A DNA stretch of 64,000 nucleotides from Dipteris shenzhenensis. Taxonomy: Eukaryota. A program made the position numbers and the translations under genes. The notes under the pieces are model-generated. The model saw only the letters and a program-made list of their open reading frames with translations. It was not told the origin of the DNA and made no database searches. Location: assembly GCA_047967505.1 (NCBI GenBank), contig CM106538.1; one strand, 5' to 3'. Shown here in pieces: positions 1 to 13,049 of this stretch. The first letter of the stretch is position 1, and the number at the start of each line of letters is the position of its first letter.

Positions 1-1960
1 AATGGCCCAACCTTTTCTTATTCCATTCATAGATAGTATACTTAATCAATTGTAGGACATGAGATCTACTCATTCATGGATAACTATAGTGGCTACAATT
101 AGATTTCTATTGCACCAAAAAGTTTTGCAAACTAAAACTAATTTTTTTACTGATTGGGGTGTGTATGCCACTTAGGTTATGACCTTTGGACTCAAAAATG
201 CACCTTCTACATTTTAGAGATTTATGGTTGAAACCTTCTATATCTGATTGAGTTTATTGCCATCTATTTGGACGATTTCTGTGTTTGCTCAGTTGTTTCT
301 ACTCACCTACAATATTTGAGTAAGTCCTTTGATAGGTGCACAAGTTGGTATTTCTATGAATCCAATAAAAAGTGTTTTCTATGTCTGAGTTGGTATATTG
401 CTTGGTCATTTAATATCTAAAGATGGAATCAAGACTGAGCCAGGAAAAATTAAGGCTATAGAATCTATGCTTGAGCCAACTACTTTGACTCAACTAAGAT
501 CTTTTGTTGCATTTATCAATTTCTACAGGTGTTTTATTTGGGACTTTGCTAAGATAGTTGCTCCATTATATGAGCTCATTAAGAAGGATGTAATGTTCTA
601 ATGGAATCTTGAGTTGTCCAAGGTTTTTCATACACTAAAACAAAAAGCCGCCAAAACACCCATTCTTAGATGACCAAGATGGGATGCCATATTTCATGTG
701 CATGTGGATGCTTTTGGATATACCATTGGGATTATTTTAAGTCAACCCAAGGGAAATATGGATTACTTGTTTACTATGTGAGTAGACTAATGACCGAGTA
801 TTTGTTGGGTAATCAATTTATTTTCTATGTGGATCATCAAGCTTTGTTGTATCTTATCAACATAACTATCACTCAATGTAGGTTGGTGAGATGGATGCTT
901 TTATTGCAAGAATTTAATTTCATGATTATTCATAAGCCTAGTAAAGCACTTGTACGAGCAAATTGTTGTCTAGACTTCCACACCAAACAATCGAGTCAAG
1001 GATTACTACCAAGCTTCTTGATGCTAATCTCTTTGCTATTGATATGAAGAATTGTTACAATATTTATCTTAGGGTATTTCTTGAGCAAATGCCAAATTAG
1101 TGTAGGCAAATTCCTATCAAGGCCTGGAAATATAGTTTGATTGGTGGTTAGTTATATTGCCAATGTGTTGATGGTGTATTATGTTGGTGGATTTTGCCAC
1201 ACAAGTGCACCATAGTGCTTGTTGCTCAGGCTCATAAAGGTCTTGCTAGAGGTCATTTTGCAAGAGCTCTTACAACTTGAAAAGTGTTGCAAGTAGGAAT
1301 GTGGTGGGGCATTCTATTTTGGGATGCATATGTTTAGTGTGATGCTTGTTAATGTGGAAGCAGGATGCTTCTGCTTGATTACATGCCTTTGCAACCCGCT
1401 AAACCTTGGGAAGCTATTCAATAATGGGGCCTCGACTTCATTGGTCCTCTAAAGATAACTAAAAATCAAAATAAGTACGTTATTATTGCTACTGATTATG
1501 TGATCAAGTGGGCTTAAGCAAAAGTTACCAAGGTAACTCAGCTCACTACTGCTAATTTCCTCTTTGACAAAATAATCTACAGATATGGCTGTCCTATCAT
1601 CTTTGTAGTGATTAAATCACTCATTTTATGAATGCAGTATTTGAAAACTTCACAAAGGAGTTCATGATTGTTCATTGGGTGGCTACTACTTACTACCCTA
1701 GATGTAATGGACATCCACTAACAAAACTTTGAAGCTTATACTTACAAAGACAATCAATTCTAATTGCACTAATTGGGATGCCAAATTGCATGCAACATTG
1801 TGGGCATATAGAACTGCTTATAAGGTCACAACGAATTTTACTCCATTTTTTATGCCCTTTGGATTGGAAGCTATAGTTCTAGTTGAGTTTATAGTCCTGA
1901 GTTTATGTGTATCTACTGAACATGAATTGGGGGAACCTCTCATAGTGTGGTTGTCTATAC
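1..1960 (+). mobile_element. Degenerate Ty3/gypsy pol fragment (RT, RNase H, integrase), many stops and frameshifts
   Basis: Motifs in RT-RH-INT order: YSFMDNYSGYN, MTFGLKNAPSTF, YLDDF, LGHLISKDGIKTEPGKIKAI, FHVHVDA, YVDHQAL..RWMLLLQEF, WGLDFIGPL, LWAYRTAYK. Confidence 0.9.
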
Positions 1961-4900
1961 ACCAGCATCTGTGTCATTGTTGGTAAGAACAGCTTGGGGA
2001 TTGAGATTTGCATATTTGCACCTGGTATCTAGTTTATTTGAAGCCTACCACTTCTGAAAGTTCTTCTCTAATCTCCACGATGTCCAAAACCTTTAAGCCA
2101 AAGCTCTATAGCTTGCCCTTTCAAAGACTGAGGTTGGTTATATCTTCAAATGGTCTACAGTTGTGTAGTATTCTAGAATGATGCCTTTGATTTGGTCGTC
2201 CCCTTTGGAAAGTGGTCATCTCAATGAGGGTTGAGTCGTGTGGAAGTGGTTTAGCTAGGATGAAGTCTCGATGAAGTATTGTTTGAACCTATTGGAAAGT
2301 AAACACAGTGGGATTATCTTGAGATTGTCCCAGAGGTGGCTCTGTTGACCCGTCAATGTGCATGCTTGTGGAGGTTTGCGAAGATAAGGTTGTGTAGAGG
2401 TGGAAGAAGGAGAGGGATGAGGGAAATAAAGGTAAGTATTAAGGGGGGAAGAAGGTGGGCAATTAATATTAGTAGAGGGGTGTGGCAAGTGGGATGTATC
2501 GGGGTGGGCGACAAAGTTAAAGAAGGCTATTGTTAATTGAATTCCTTGTCAAATGGCTAGAGCCTTCTTCATACATGTGCTGCATGGCCTTCAAAACTTT
2601 GTTATACAAGACTAGAATATCAGAACGATGGTATTGAGTGACATTGTTGGTCAAAAGATAATTATGGGTAATTTTGACTTCTTCACGACCGCGCTCTCAT
2701 AGCCACCTGAGGATCGCAAGCCCATGTCAAAAGGTCACTGGGCTTAGATAGATCTAAGATTTCTATATTAGTGGGGAAAAAGAGGACTCCATGATGCATC
2801 TACACCAACTTTGAAAGTTGAGGGTTATGGGGTGTAGGGGAGGTGACAGATGTTTAAGTCCTCTAAAATTTTGTCTCCGCTGAAAAAAGGTGTGGATAGG
2901 ATTGGGTGGGCATCAAGAGAATCACGATCCATAACATCAAATATGTAGCTAAGGTGGGAGAGGGTTAGCAAGGTCTAAGTGGTATTGGATGGAGGGAATT
3001 TTCTTTTTTCTTTTGGCTGGTCTTATTGTTGATTGCTACCTGAATTCTTGAGGTTGGGGTTGGGGCTTTGGCTTGACACTGAGCTTCTCTTCTATAATAA
3101 GACCAGGAAGGGGAAGAGGGATAGATGGAGTTAGGAAAGGGATGGGAGTGGTGGAAGGGGGAGGAGCTATAATAATAGAAAGAGTACTGCAGGGGGTGAT
3201 GAGGCTGGTAGATGGTGTGGCAGGGCTGGCAGTTCCCTTGTGTGAGAGGTCCCAGAATCCATTTGGTCAAATGAGTGATAGGTCTAAAACAAATAGCTTA
3301 GAGAGTCGTTTCAACTCTTTAAGGTGGAATACATGCACATTCAATAAGTTCAGGAGGCTGGAAATCAGATTTAGAGGGTTGTGGAAATTCCTGGGAAATT
3401 TTGTTTAGCGTTTAGTCACAACTGTTATTGCCATGGATTTTTCAAGTGGGTCCCTCAACAAGGTCCCTTCTCATAGAAAATTAATTCAACATGTGCTAAA
3501 TAAGCTAATTCTACTAATTTAGTGCACATTGAATTAGTTAGTGCATTGAGTTATTAACCCATTGGATACTGGGTTATTATTGTGACATGGTGCTAAAATG
3601 CTATCCCTTTATGGTATTGAATTAGCAACTAGCATGGTGCTTGGTTATTAATGCAATGCACACTAGGTTAGGTAACCCAACACGTGCTAAATTACTAGCC
3701 TTAATTCAATGTATTTTGTTGTTGGGCTTTTTTGAGCATTTTTTGGGGATTTTGACATCTCTTGACATTTTTTGACATGGTGTCTGACTTAGCTTGATTT
3801 GACTATTTAAAGTGCACTCAGTGAGGTAATCAGGAACAAAAGTACACCCTAATAGTGAAACTATGTAGGGGGAATTCTTGACTCATGCCTAAACAGTGAG
3901 TGGAATGAGTTCTAGAATTTTAATACCCTACTTACTTAGTGCATGTTAAACTAACAAGTTTCCTGCTTTATGAATATGCTACCAATTGCCTAACCTAGAC
4001 ACTCACCTAAGGCTACATAGTGGTGGATGCGAGTGAGTAGTTCTAGAATGGAATATCTTTTATTAAGAAAACAACAAGGTGGCATACCTTATTGCCAACA
4101 AAGATGAAAGGGGTTGGTCGGTCGAGATGCTACCTTTGATGAGAGTTTTTTGGTAGACTCCTTGAGCGTGTCAATAGTGACCTTGTCACTCCATGCTGCT
4201 TGGGGGTAAGCAATGTTATAGTTGTTAGAGATTCTCTACTACAATAGGTTCTTGTGATACTACCCCCATAATGGGGATAGGTTCTTGTGGAGCTATGAGT
4301 TGGAAGGATGAGGGAGCTCATCTTTTGGTTCTTCACTTGAAGTCCTTTGATGAAAATTTACAAATTTAGAACATTGAGGGGATGTTGATGTCAAGGTTGG
4401 GGCTATCCTTGCTATAGGTTCTTGTCGCACTATCGCCTTTTAGTTGGATGATTTTTCTTGGGTTTCCATACTAGTTGTTGTGGCCAAGATGGCTTAGGAT
4501 CTACGTTTGCCTGAGGGTTATTTGTGGTGGAAGTTCCAGCATGGGGCTTTGGTAGCCATATTTGTTGGTTGCCCTTGTAGTACCCTTTGGTCTGTAGCAA
4601 TGCCTTTGGAACCTTGCACTATTGCCTGGGTCATTTATGGAGCATTCTTTTCCTTTCCTTGGGGTGAGTTTTTGGTAAGACATCTTGTCGGAAGAAAGAT
4701 AGGGTGGTTGCCTCTAGCAGTCTCTATGGTGGTGGTTCTGGTGGTGGTTTGGGGTCCTTCTTCCTAGAGACTTGCTTTATTTGTGGTTGTTTTGGCTGAA
4801 GTGGGGCCTTCAATGAGGAGGGTGCAGTAGCATTCTTAGGTACTAGGGGAGTTCGGGGCAAGGGTGCTACTACAATTATTGGAGTGGGCTTCTCATTATG

Positions 4901-5379
4901 ATCTTTGTGCCATACAGGCACCATCAATGTTTGTCCATCGCTTGTTAACTTGGCTGTTCTTTCATGCCAATCTATCTAGCACTTTACATAAAAGCACCAT
5001 TCTTTGTCCAAATGACTCATCGATTTTGCTTGTGGGCATTACATAAAAAATGGCACCCTATTCTATGGTTATTTACAATCACATCAATATCTACATAACC
5101 AATTGTGGGCATGCCAACAGCTTATACTCTGGCAGGGATGGGTCTAACGAGTACCTTTAATAGTCATTCCCATACCTCCTACAAATGAATTTGTGGCTCA
5201 CTCTACAATCCACCAATGCCAATATGAAATGTGGTGTTTGTTTGTAATCCTACAACTTAGCAGGATCGATTGTTTGATTATCCAAATCATCTTCCTAGTC
5301 TATGGTTGCCTTGAAAATTGTCATTAAGTCCTTTTGTTTAAGTTTAGCATGATGGGCATGCAAGCTTCCTCGATAGCTT

Positions 5380-7020
5380 GTCTTTTCATACGAGCAATCT
5401 CTTTTTTTACATCTTTCTCACTATGGATGGCTTGAAGAATCTACTGGGTCAACGGGCCATAGTAGTATTTAAGCTTACTGTCATCGTTAATATATCCATC
5501 CCCATATTGACTCCATTAAGGGTCATGATTTTGCATGCATGTTCCTGGTGGGCTGATTTCCACAACTTGATATGGACCCATACTGTCATAATTCAACTTT
5601 TGTTTGGTATTTCTTACACTATATAATAATGCAAGGTTGCCCTTCCTAAGATCCTTTTTTTAAATATTATGATTAAACCAACATTTGGGTTGTGCTTCTC
5701 AACTTTCATGCTGTATTTATCTCTAAGGTTGGTTTCATTAAGCTTCTTGAGCTCTACCAACCTTTTAAGAGTGGCCTCTTCAGGTAGTCTCTCTTGAACT
5801 GCCACTCTTAAACTGGGTACTCTAAATTACATAGCAATACTGCTTCTATCCCAAAGGCGAGACTGAATGGGGTACAATTGGTTGCAACTTTATATGCAGT
5901 GCGATACGCCCATAATGCAATGGTAAGCTTATGCTCTCAGTCACTTTGGCTAGCCTCTACCATGCACTTCATGGTGTTACATAGGGTCTTACTGGAGTTC
6001 TCGGCTTGGCCATTTGCTTTAGGATAGTAAGGAGTTGATTTTCTATAAATAATAAAAAACTCACTAATAATGATTTGTATGGTTTCATTAATGAAGTGAG
6101 TCCATCAATCACTAACAATTTCCTAAGGGAGGCAAACACGTGACATGAGGTTTTCATATAGGAACTTATCTATTCGCCTAGTCTTTCTTGGTTGCCTTGG
6201 CTTTTGCCCACTTGGCAAAGTAGTCAGTTGCCATGATAATATATCGGGCTTGCATCCCTTTTGTCTACTAGACTTATGGGTCCAATAAAATCAATGCCCC
6301 ACTTTTCAAATGATGGGTTCATAGGAATTCATATAAAGGCATATAATCCTTCTTTTGAGGGATAGAAGCCCTTTGGCAGGGGTCACAGTGTTTAACAAAT
6401 TCAGCTACATCGACAAAGAGAGTAGGCCAATATAGCCTAGCTTGCAATACCTTTTGGACCATAAGCTCTCTTGCAAAATATTATCCTACTATGCCTGAAT
6501 GGGCCTCTTCCAAGATGAGCTTAATCTTGTTGTAGTCCATGGAAATTCCATTATTGGACACAACATGCCCTAAGATTACCACATGCTTAACCCAAAATTG
6601 GCATTTGAGGGGGTTGAGGGAAATTTTGTATAGGCGACACCTGTCAAAGACTAGCATTAAATATATGAGCTGGTTATCCCGTGCTGAATGTACATATAGA
6701 TTATCAAGGAATACCTCTAAAAAATCCCTTAAATACTCTTTAAAAGCTATAACCATCAGCCTTTGGAATGTTGTAGGAGCATTAGTGAGTTTGACAAGCA
6801 TCACTCTTGAAGCATAGGCTTCCCATTCTATGTAAAATGCCATCTTATGTTGATCTGCTAGTGCTATGGAGACCTGGTTGTAACCAGAGAATCTTGCAAG
6901 AAAGTTGTAGGCTTCTTTTCCTACCATTCTTTCTAATACATGCTCTGTAAATAGTAGTGTATAGTGGTCTTTTCACATGGTAGCATTTACCTTCTTTAGA
7001 TTGACACATATGCTGCTATC
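5380..7020 (-). mobile_element. Degenerate Ty3/gypsy pol fragment (RT joined to integrase, RNase H missing)
   Basis: ORF 6481..6927 has RT motifs (FSGYNQV, LTNAPTTFQR, VFLDNL, ILGHVVS). It runs directly into integrase sequence (EEAHSG..CDPCQ, WGIDFIGP, LWAYRTAYK). Confidence 0.85.
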
Positions 7021-8049
7021 TGTTTGGCCCTCTTGCGGATCAATATGGCAACAATGGTATCTCTGACCTGTAGCCAGAGTTGTCCAATTTTAGTTAGAGG
7101 TCTTCTCTGATGACAGGGTCATTATGACTCAGCTATCAGATTGGGTAGGTAATTATAGGCAATTACGCCTCAGAGTTGTTGTGTTAGATATCTCGAGCAT
7201 CCTCACGCCTTCTACCCCCATTAATTACCAATGGTGTCCCATGTCCTGGATGACCCTTGGTAGGAAAGGATGTAAAGGGCTACATGCCTCATTGTATAGG
7301 TTGCTAGTTTAGTTTGGATGAGAAGTTCTTGCTCACTTGATTCGAGCATTCAATGATAGGCTCCACAAGGACATTGAGCATAGTATTCCTTTTGAAAACT
7401 ATGGCAGTTTCTTTCGAGATTCATTTGTCATTTCCTAGTCAGAGTTTAGTTCTATTGATTTGGGATTTTAATGTAATTTTGTCAAATCCCAACTAGTATT
7501 GTGTTGAAGAAGAATGGCAAGTTGCAAGTTGTACAAAAAGTTGAATGAGCTGACCATAAAAGACCCATTTCTACTTCCATTTCTAAACACTAGAGAAAAA
7601 CCTATCACCCAAGTCTAACTGGAGGACGTCCCCCAAGGCCTACCATCTAAGACATGAACCTCGAAGAGAGGAAGATGGAGAGTAGCAACTTGAATACCAT
7701 AGTGGAGCATCAAGCAATCCTATTGCAAAGATTTATCATAGCATGGAAGATGTGGGTGATCGTGACCCCCTCTCCCAACTATATTAGAGTGTGGAGTGCC
7801 TCAATAGGGGCCGTATGAATTAAGCATCCCTAGGCCATAGCTGATCACACAAGAAGCACCCCACTTAGTTGCAAAAGAAATGCCTCAGCTAGCTACAAAC
7901 GAGCTGAGCAATCAAGTGAACATCAAACTAAATCACATATGTTTCTACAAGAGATACATGAAGAGAGTGAGGAAGCTCAGAAAGAGATAACATCATATTC
8001 CAAAGGTAAGGTCATGGCCTTCTTGGACAAATATCTACATGAAGAGTCC

Positions 8050-8620
8050 ATAGATTGGTCATCCACCCATGCTTTGATTGGATTCATGCCTCAGTCCTAA
8101 ACCTCTTCCTACTTTCCTAGAGAACTAGATTATAACAAATTGGGTGAGAAGAAGTATGGTTGTCACTAGTGTCAGGCTCTTAAGAAAAGGCTTGTACTTT
8201 TCTTATTTGAGAAAAAGGAAACGGCTTATGATGCCCTACACATCAGGGGATTTGGACCATTAGAAGCCAACCCCTCTGCTTATAATTCCGGTCAGAATAA
8301 TTTAATATAGATAGGCCTAGGTCCACTACTATCCTTTTTTGGGTAAAGCTTCTAGATCCACCCTTTTTTCTTATCCCTGAAGCAGCTAATCTTTGCAAAA
8401 GCCTAGGGGAAGTCGTTGGGGTAGAAAAATAACAATTTATCAATCCTAGAGGAAACCTATAGGCATGTGTGAAACTAGATGTTGCTAAGGAGCTCCTCAA
8501 TACAATTATGATTGTCAATAGAAATGGGGGATTCTATAAGGAACAACCTTTAGTCCATAAAAATTTGCCAAACACTTGCTTTCTTCCTCACATAGTTAAA
8601 TACTATCCTCTAAAGAGGGA
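8050..8620 (+). mobile_element. Degenerate L1-type LINE ORF1 remnant (DUF4283/zinc-knuckle-like)
   Basis: Translated fragments FWVKLLDPPFFL..LCKSLGEVVGVE..ACVKLDVAKELLNTIMI..KEQPLVHKNLPNTCF resemble plant L1 ORF1. Confidence 0.6.
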
Positions 8621-9328
8621 CAAAGACAAACCTACTAGTAGGGAAGCTACCCCCACCCCTCAACATCTTAAGGCCACATGGTCCATCAAAGCCACAAAAG
8701 AATAGTCTAAGGATGTTCCAAGTAAGGTTAGTAAAGCTCCCAATCCACAGCAAGAGGTCAATCCCATACTAATGTAGTTGAAACCAAGAACCCTTATAAA
8801 GATCTCATTGCCTAGGAGAATGAGCAGTGGATTTAGGGAGAGGATATGGAAGAGGAAGATGTTAAACCAAGTTGGTCTTAGGAATTTAAGAAGGAAATTA
8901 ACCAGTAGGATACCTTCATGAATGATACTGAAATTGATGACTATCTCAAGTTAAGAGCCAGAGTGGCCCTCATAGATTAGTTTATCTATTTAGTGAAGCG
9001 AGCCCACTTACCTCCTCAATTTAAGTCTCCTCGTCATTGACTATCCCAAGTCCACTAACGTGATCTTCCAAAGCCACTATCCATTCTTCTCTCTTATCCT
9101 AATATCTTACATCAATGACAAGAACTTGCATCTTTTGGCCTTGACATTTGTTGCAAGTTAGTTCACACGATTTGTTCCCATCATTTCCTTGGCTCATCTA
9201 GCACATACCACTTCATTCCCCACTAGGGTTGCCAAAAATGTTACCTATACAAATTATGGTCAAGAAGATGGTTTGTTTGTCTTGATATGTGTCATGATTT
9301 GCATTTGTTCTGGATGTGCAAGGCAGGA

Positions 9329-12300
9329 TGAGAGTGCTCTCAACAAAAGAAGAATGGAAGAGGGTGAGAGAGAGGGAGAGTCAAAAGAGAGCCACACAAG
9401 TTTTGATGGGTGTAGAACACCCTAATCTTCTATGTCATCCATATATATATGTCTTTGAGTATTGTACATAACCGGGGTTAAGGCACAATGGCCTTTAAGC
9501 CCCACAACCTCCCACTTAAAGGCCAATGTGCCTTTAAGAGAGAAGAGCCCGTGAGCATATTATCCAATGCCCATCAATACACGATAATACTAAAACTGTT
9601 GACTAGGCAAAAAATTCTACAATGTTATCATCTGTACGAACCTTGACAAGCTTTATGTTCTTGTCCTCAAGTACCTCCCTTTTAATTGGTACATGACCTC
9701 AATGTGTTTGGTCTTTGCATGAAAGACCGGATTCTATGCTAAGTTGAATAGTACTCATGGAATCACTATGCAATGTCAGTACACCTGTATGAATCCCCAA
9801 ATCTCCCACTAGTCGATCAAGCCATATAGCCTCCTTGCAACTCTCTATGGTGGTTGCAACATACTCGGCCTCTGTGGTAGACAAAGCAACACACTTATGT
9901 GCGCAATCCATGACACTACACCACCTACAAAGGTGACCACATAACCAAAAGTGGATCTCTTGCTAACCACATGCCCTACATAGTCTGAATCTGTGTACCC
10001 AATTCCACACATCTCTCCTTTGCCAAATCTAATGCACATCTCCTTGGTACCCTTTATGTACCTCATGATGCACTTAACTACCTCCCAATGCCTCTTTTCT
10101 GGATTAGCCATATATCGGCTAACAACTCCCACTACAAATGCAATGTCTAGTCTTGTAGCTATCATAGCATACATAAGACTCCCAACCACTGATGCATAAG
10201 GAACCTTAGCCATCATGGCCCTCTCCTCATCTAATTTGGGACTATCTGCCCATGGTTGTTAAGATACTCATGTCTTATGATAAGAGACTTAAGACACTTA
10301 AGACACGTGTCTTACCATAAGACACCTTTAGACTCTTTTTTTTGGGGGGGGGGGTGTAAGGTGTAACAATAGACATTGAGTTTGACTTAACCATGCCATC
10401 ATTGATGGCAAATTTGGATCCAGTAGTGGTATTGATCTCACATTTTCGGACTAGGATGAATCTCCAGAGATTTGGCTCTTGAGAGTCAAAAGTTTCCTAT
10501 TATATGTATCAAGATGTAGATTTCATTCGTCACATGTGACTGATAGACTGTTACCATGATATTTAGGTTTATTGATTTATGATGATTGGTATATAATCTA
10601 TGTAGGCCTTTAGGCTCTTATTGTGCTGTTTATTTAAATTTTTGAATATCAAGATTCAATTGTTAGTTTAAACCTTTAAAGTTGTGTCGTGACTTGCAAG
10701 CTCTTGAGCCAAGTCCTAAGTACATTGTACAAGTGTTGTACTCCAAGAATCTAGTAGCTGACTATACTAGCAAGTTGTAAACTTGTATTCTTATACATAT
10801 ATTAATTAAATATTTATTATTACAATGACGTGTCTTATTTTTAAAACACTTTAGACACTCGTGTTTAAAGCATGTCTAACATGTCGTGACTTAATGTGTC
10901 TTACAACCATGTATCTGCCTGACTCAGTTTCACATACGGAGGCAATGGAGTACTTATAATGTTTAAAACATACTCCTTCTCTGACAGCCAAAGGAGTTTC
11001 CTACTCTAGTCACGCGTGATGGGCATACCAAGAATATGATCTATAGGTCCCAAATCCTTCATGTCAAAGGCTTCATGCAACTTGGCCTTCAATGCATCCA
11101 GCTTATGCATGTTCTTGCTAGCCAATAGCATATCATCCACATAAAGTGCCAAGAGTATCAGGCTATTATCCTTAGCCCTTTTAGTGTAGAGGTAGTGAGA
11201 TCAATCTCAATTCTTTAAAAACCCTGGGACTGAATGAAAGCATCAAACTTCTGATACCATTCTCTAGGCACTTCCTTAAGGCCATAGAGACTCTTTTCAA
11301 CTTGCAAACCAAATGTTCTTTGCCCTTTTCTTTAAAGCCTTCCGGCGGTACCATGTAAATTTCCTCATGCAGATCCCCATGCAAGAAAGCTATCTTGACA
11401 TCCATCTGCATAAGCTCCATATCCTCTCTTGCCACAAGTCCAAGTATGCATCTACGTGTCATCACCTTCACAACTAGAGAGAAGATCTCATCAAAGTCCA
11501 CACCCTTCTCTTGCTTGAACCTTTAGCAACCAAATGGGCCTTATACTTAGATACATCATCACCTGTGACCATCTTATAGACCCATTTATAGGCAATGCTT
11601 TCTTTCCATGTGGCAAAGAAACAAAGTCCCAAGTCTTATTCTTCACGAGTGAACTCATCTTTGGTTGCATAGCATACTCCCTCTTACATTGGTCCTCGTG
11701 CATGATAGCCTCTTTGTAGCAAGAAGGCTCCCCGCAATCAGTAAGCATCACATAGTCTGCCCTGTAACAAATCTCTTAGGCGGTCTATACACTCTAGCTG
11801 ATCTTTTGAGGGGCATTTCAGTTTACTATCTTGCCTGATCACTTCCACCAATAGATGATTCATCATCTGTTCTTGATTGTGTACATGTGGGAGTACCTAG
11901 TGGCACCATTTCCTGCACATTTGGTGCATGGATAGCTCGCAGTCTATCAACATATGCGGGTGGATTCACGTCTTGGAAAGTGATTCTCCTCATTTCCACA
12001 TCCCTCATGGGTGTCTTATGCATCTTCTTCTCATTGAAGACCACATCATGGCTTCGTATGATCTTCTTTGCTTCTCGATCCCAATGACGATAGCCCATCT
12101 CTCCACTTTCACCATAACCTAGAAAGATGCATTTCCTAGACTTAGGATTCAGCTTCTTCTGAAGCTCTTTTGGCACATGTGCATATGCCTCACACCCAAA
12201 TATATGCACTCCACAGAATCACCTAAAAACTTGCTAGTAGAGGTTTTATCCCTTCCCCGATCCACTAAAATAGATGAAATCCGAAATGGTAGCCTGTGCG

Positions 12301-13049
12301 AGCAGGTCTGAACCACGAGCGTCCAGACATAGGGAGAGATCTTAGAGACAAAACTTTTCTAAATCTCCACAGAATCGCGTAAGAGTTCACAATTTGGGGT
12401 TTTTAGGCCTCTATAGTGCAATGGAATAGAAGGTTTTGAAAATTGTGGTCCCAATCACCGGGTCGAACACACGGGTTGAAAAAAGTTTTTGCAAACAGAC
12501 CTAGATTTGTAAACACCACTGGAGTGCAAATGATGAGCAACATAGAAGTTTTAGGACCTCCTAAGTCCATTAGAACTAACAGATCTACAAATGGTTGCTC
12601 CAAACTTGAGTTCCAACACACCAGACAAGAAATTCATCATTGGCTCTTAAAATCATGTTTTTCGCTCAAAAAACCACCCAAAAGCTTGGAAAACTACTCT
12701 AGAGACTTCCAAAACCACCACCAGGCTTCCACAAGGTCCAAATACTACATGGGCAGCTCAAACAAGCACCCAGAGGCTTCTACAAAGCTGCAAATGCCAC
12801 CCACACAATTGTAGGGATGTAGAATGACCTCCCGGGCTCAGCCAGGCCACCCACAAGTGTCAGATAGACCACATGGGTTCTTATACCAATTGAGAGTTCT
12901 CTCAACAAAAGCGGAATGGAAGAGGATGAGAGAGAGGGAGAGTAAGAAGAGAGCCACATAAGTTTTGGTGGGTGCAGAACACCCTAATCTTCTATGTCAT
13001 CTATATTGTATATCATGGGGTTAAGGTAGAGTGGCCTTTAGCCCCCACA
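9329..13049 (-). mobile_element. Internally deleted, degenerate Ty1/copia LTR retrotransposon
   Basis: Diverged TG..CA LTRs at 9329..9506 and 12891..13049. Degenerate Met-PBS at 12877..12888 (TGGTATAAGAAC on -), PPT at 9507..9517. Integrase C-terminus (FGCEAYAHVPKE..SRKCIFLGY), RT (QMDVKIAFLHGDLHEEIYM, LYVDDML, PYASVVGSLMYAM) and RNase H (VALSTTEAEYVA). gag and protease not seen. TSD not conserved. Confidence 0.9.
10251..10911. mobile_element. hAT-type MITE (non-autonomous DNA transposon), 661 bp, inserted in the copia RT
   Basis: Terminal inverted repeats CATGGTTGTTAAGATAC ... GTGTCTTACAACCATG. Perfect 8-bp TSD TATCTGCC (10243..10250 and 10912..10919). AT-rich, non-coding, with subterminal AAGACAC/GTGTCTT repeats. 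Confidence 0.85.

Noticed and set aside
1960-5040. Possible gag/LTR portions belonging to the flanking gypsy fragments
   Set aside because: No paired LTRs, PBS or clear protein motifs could be established by eye.
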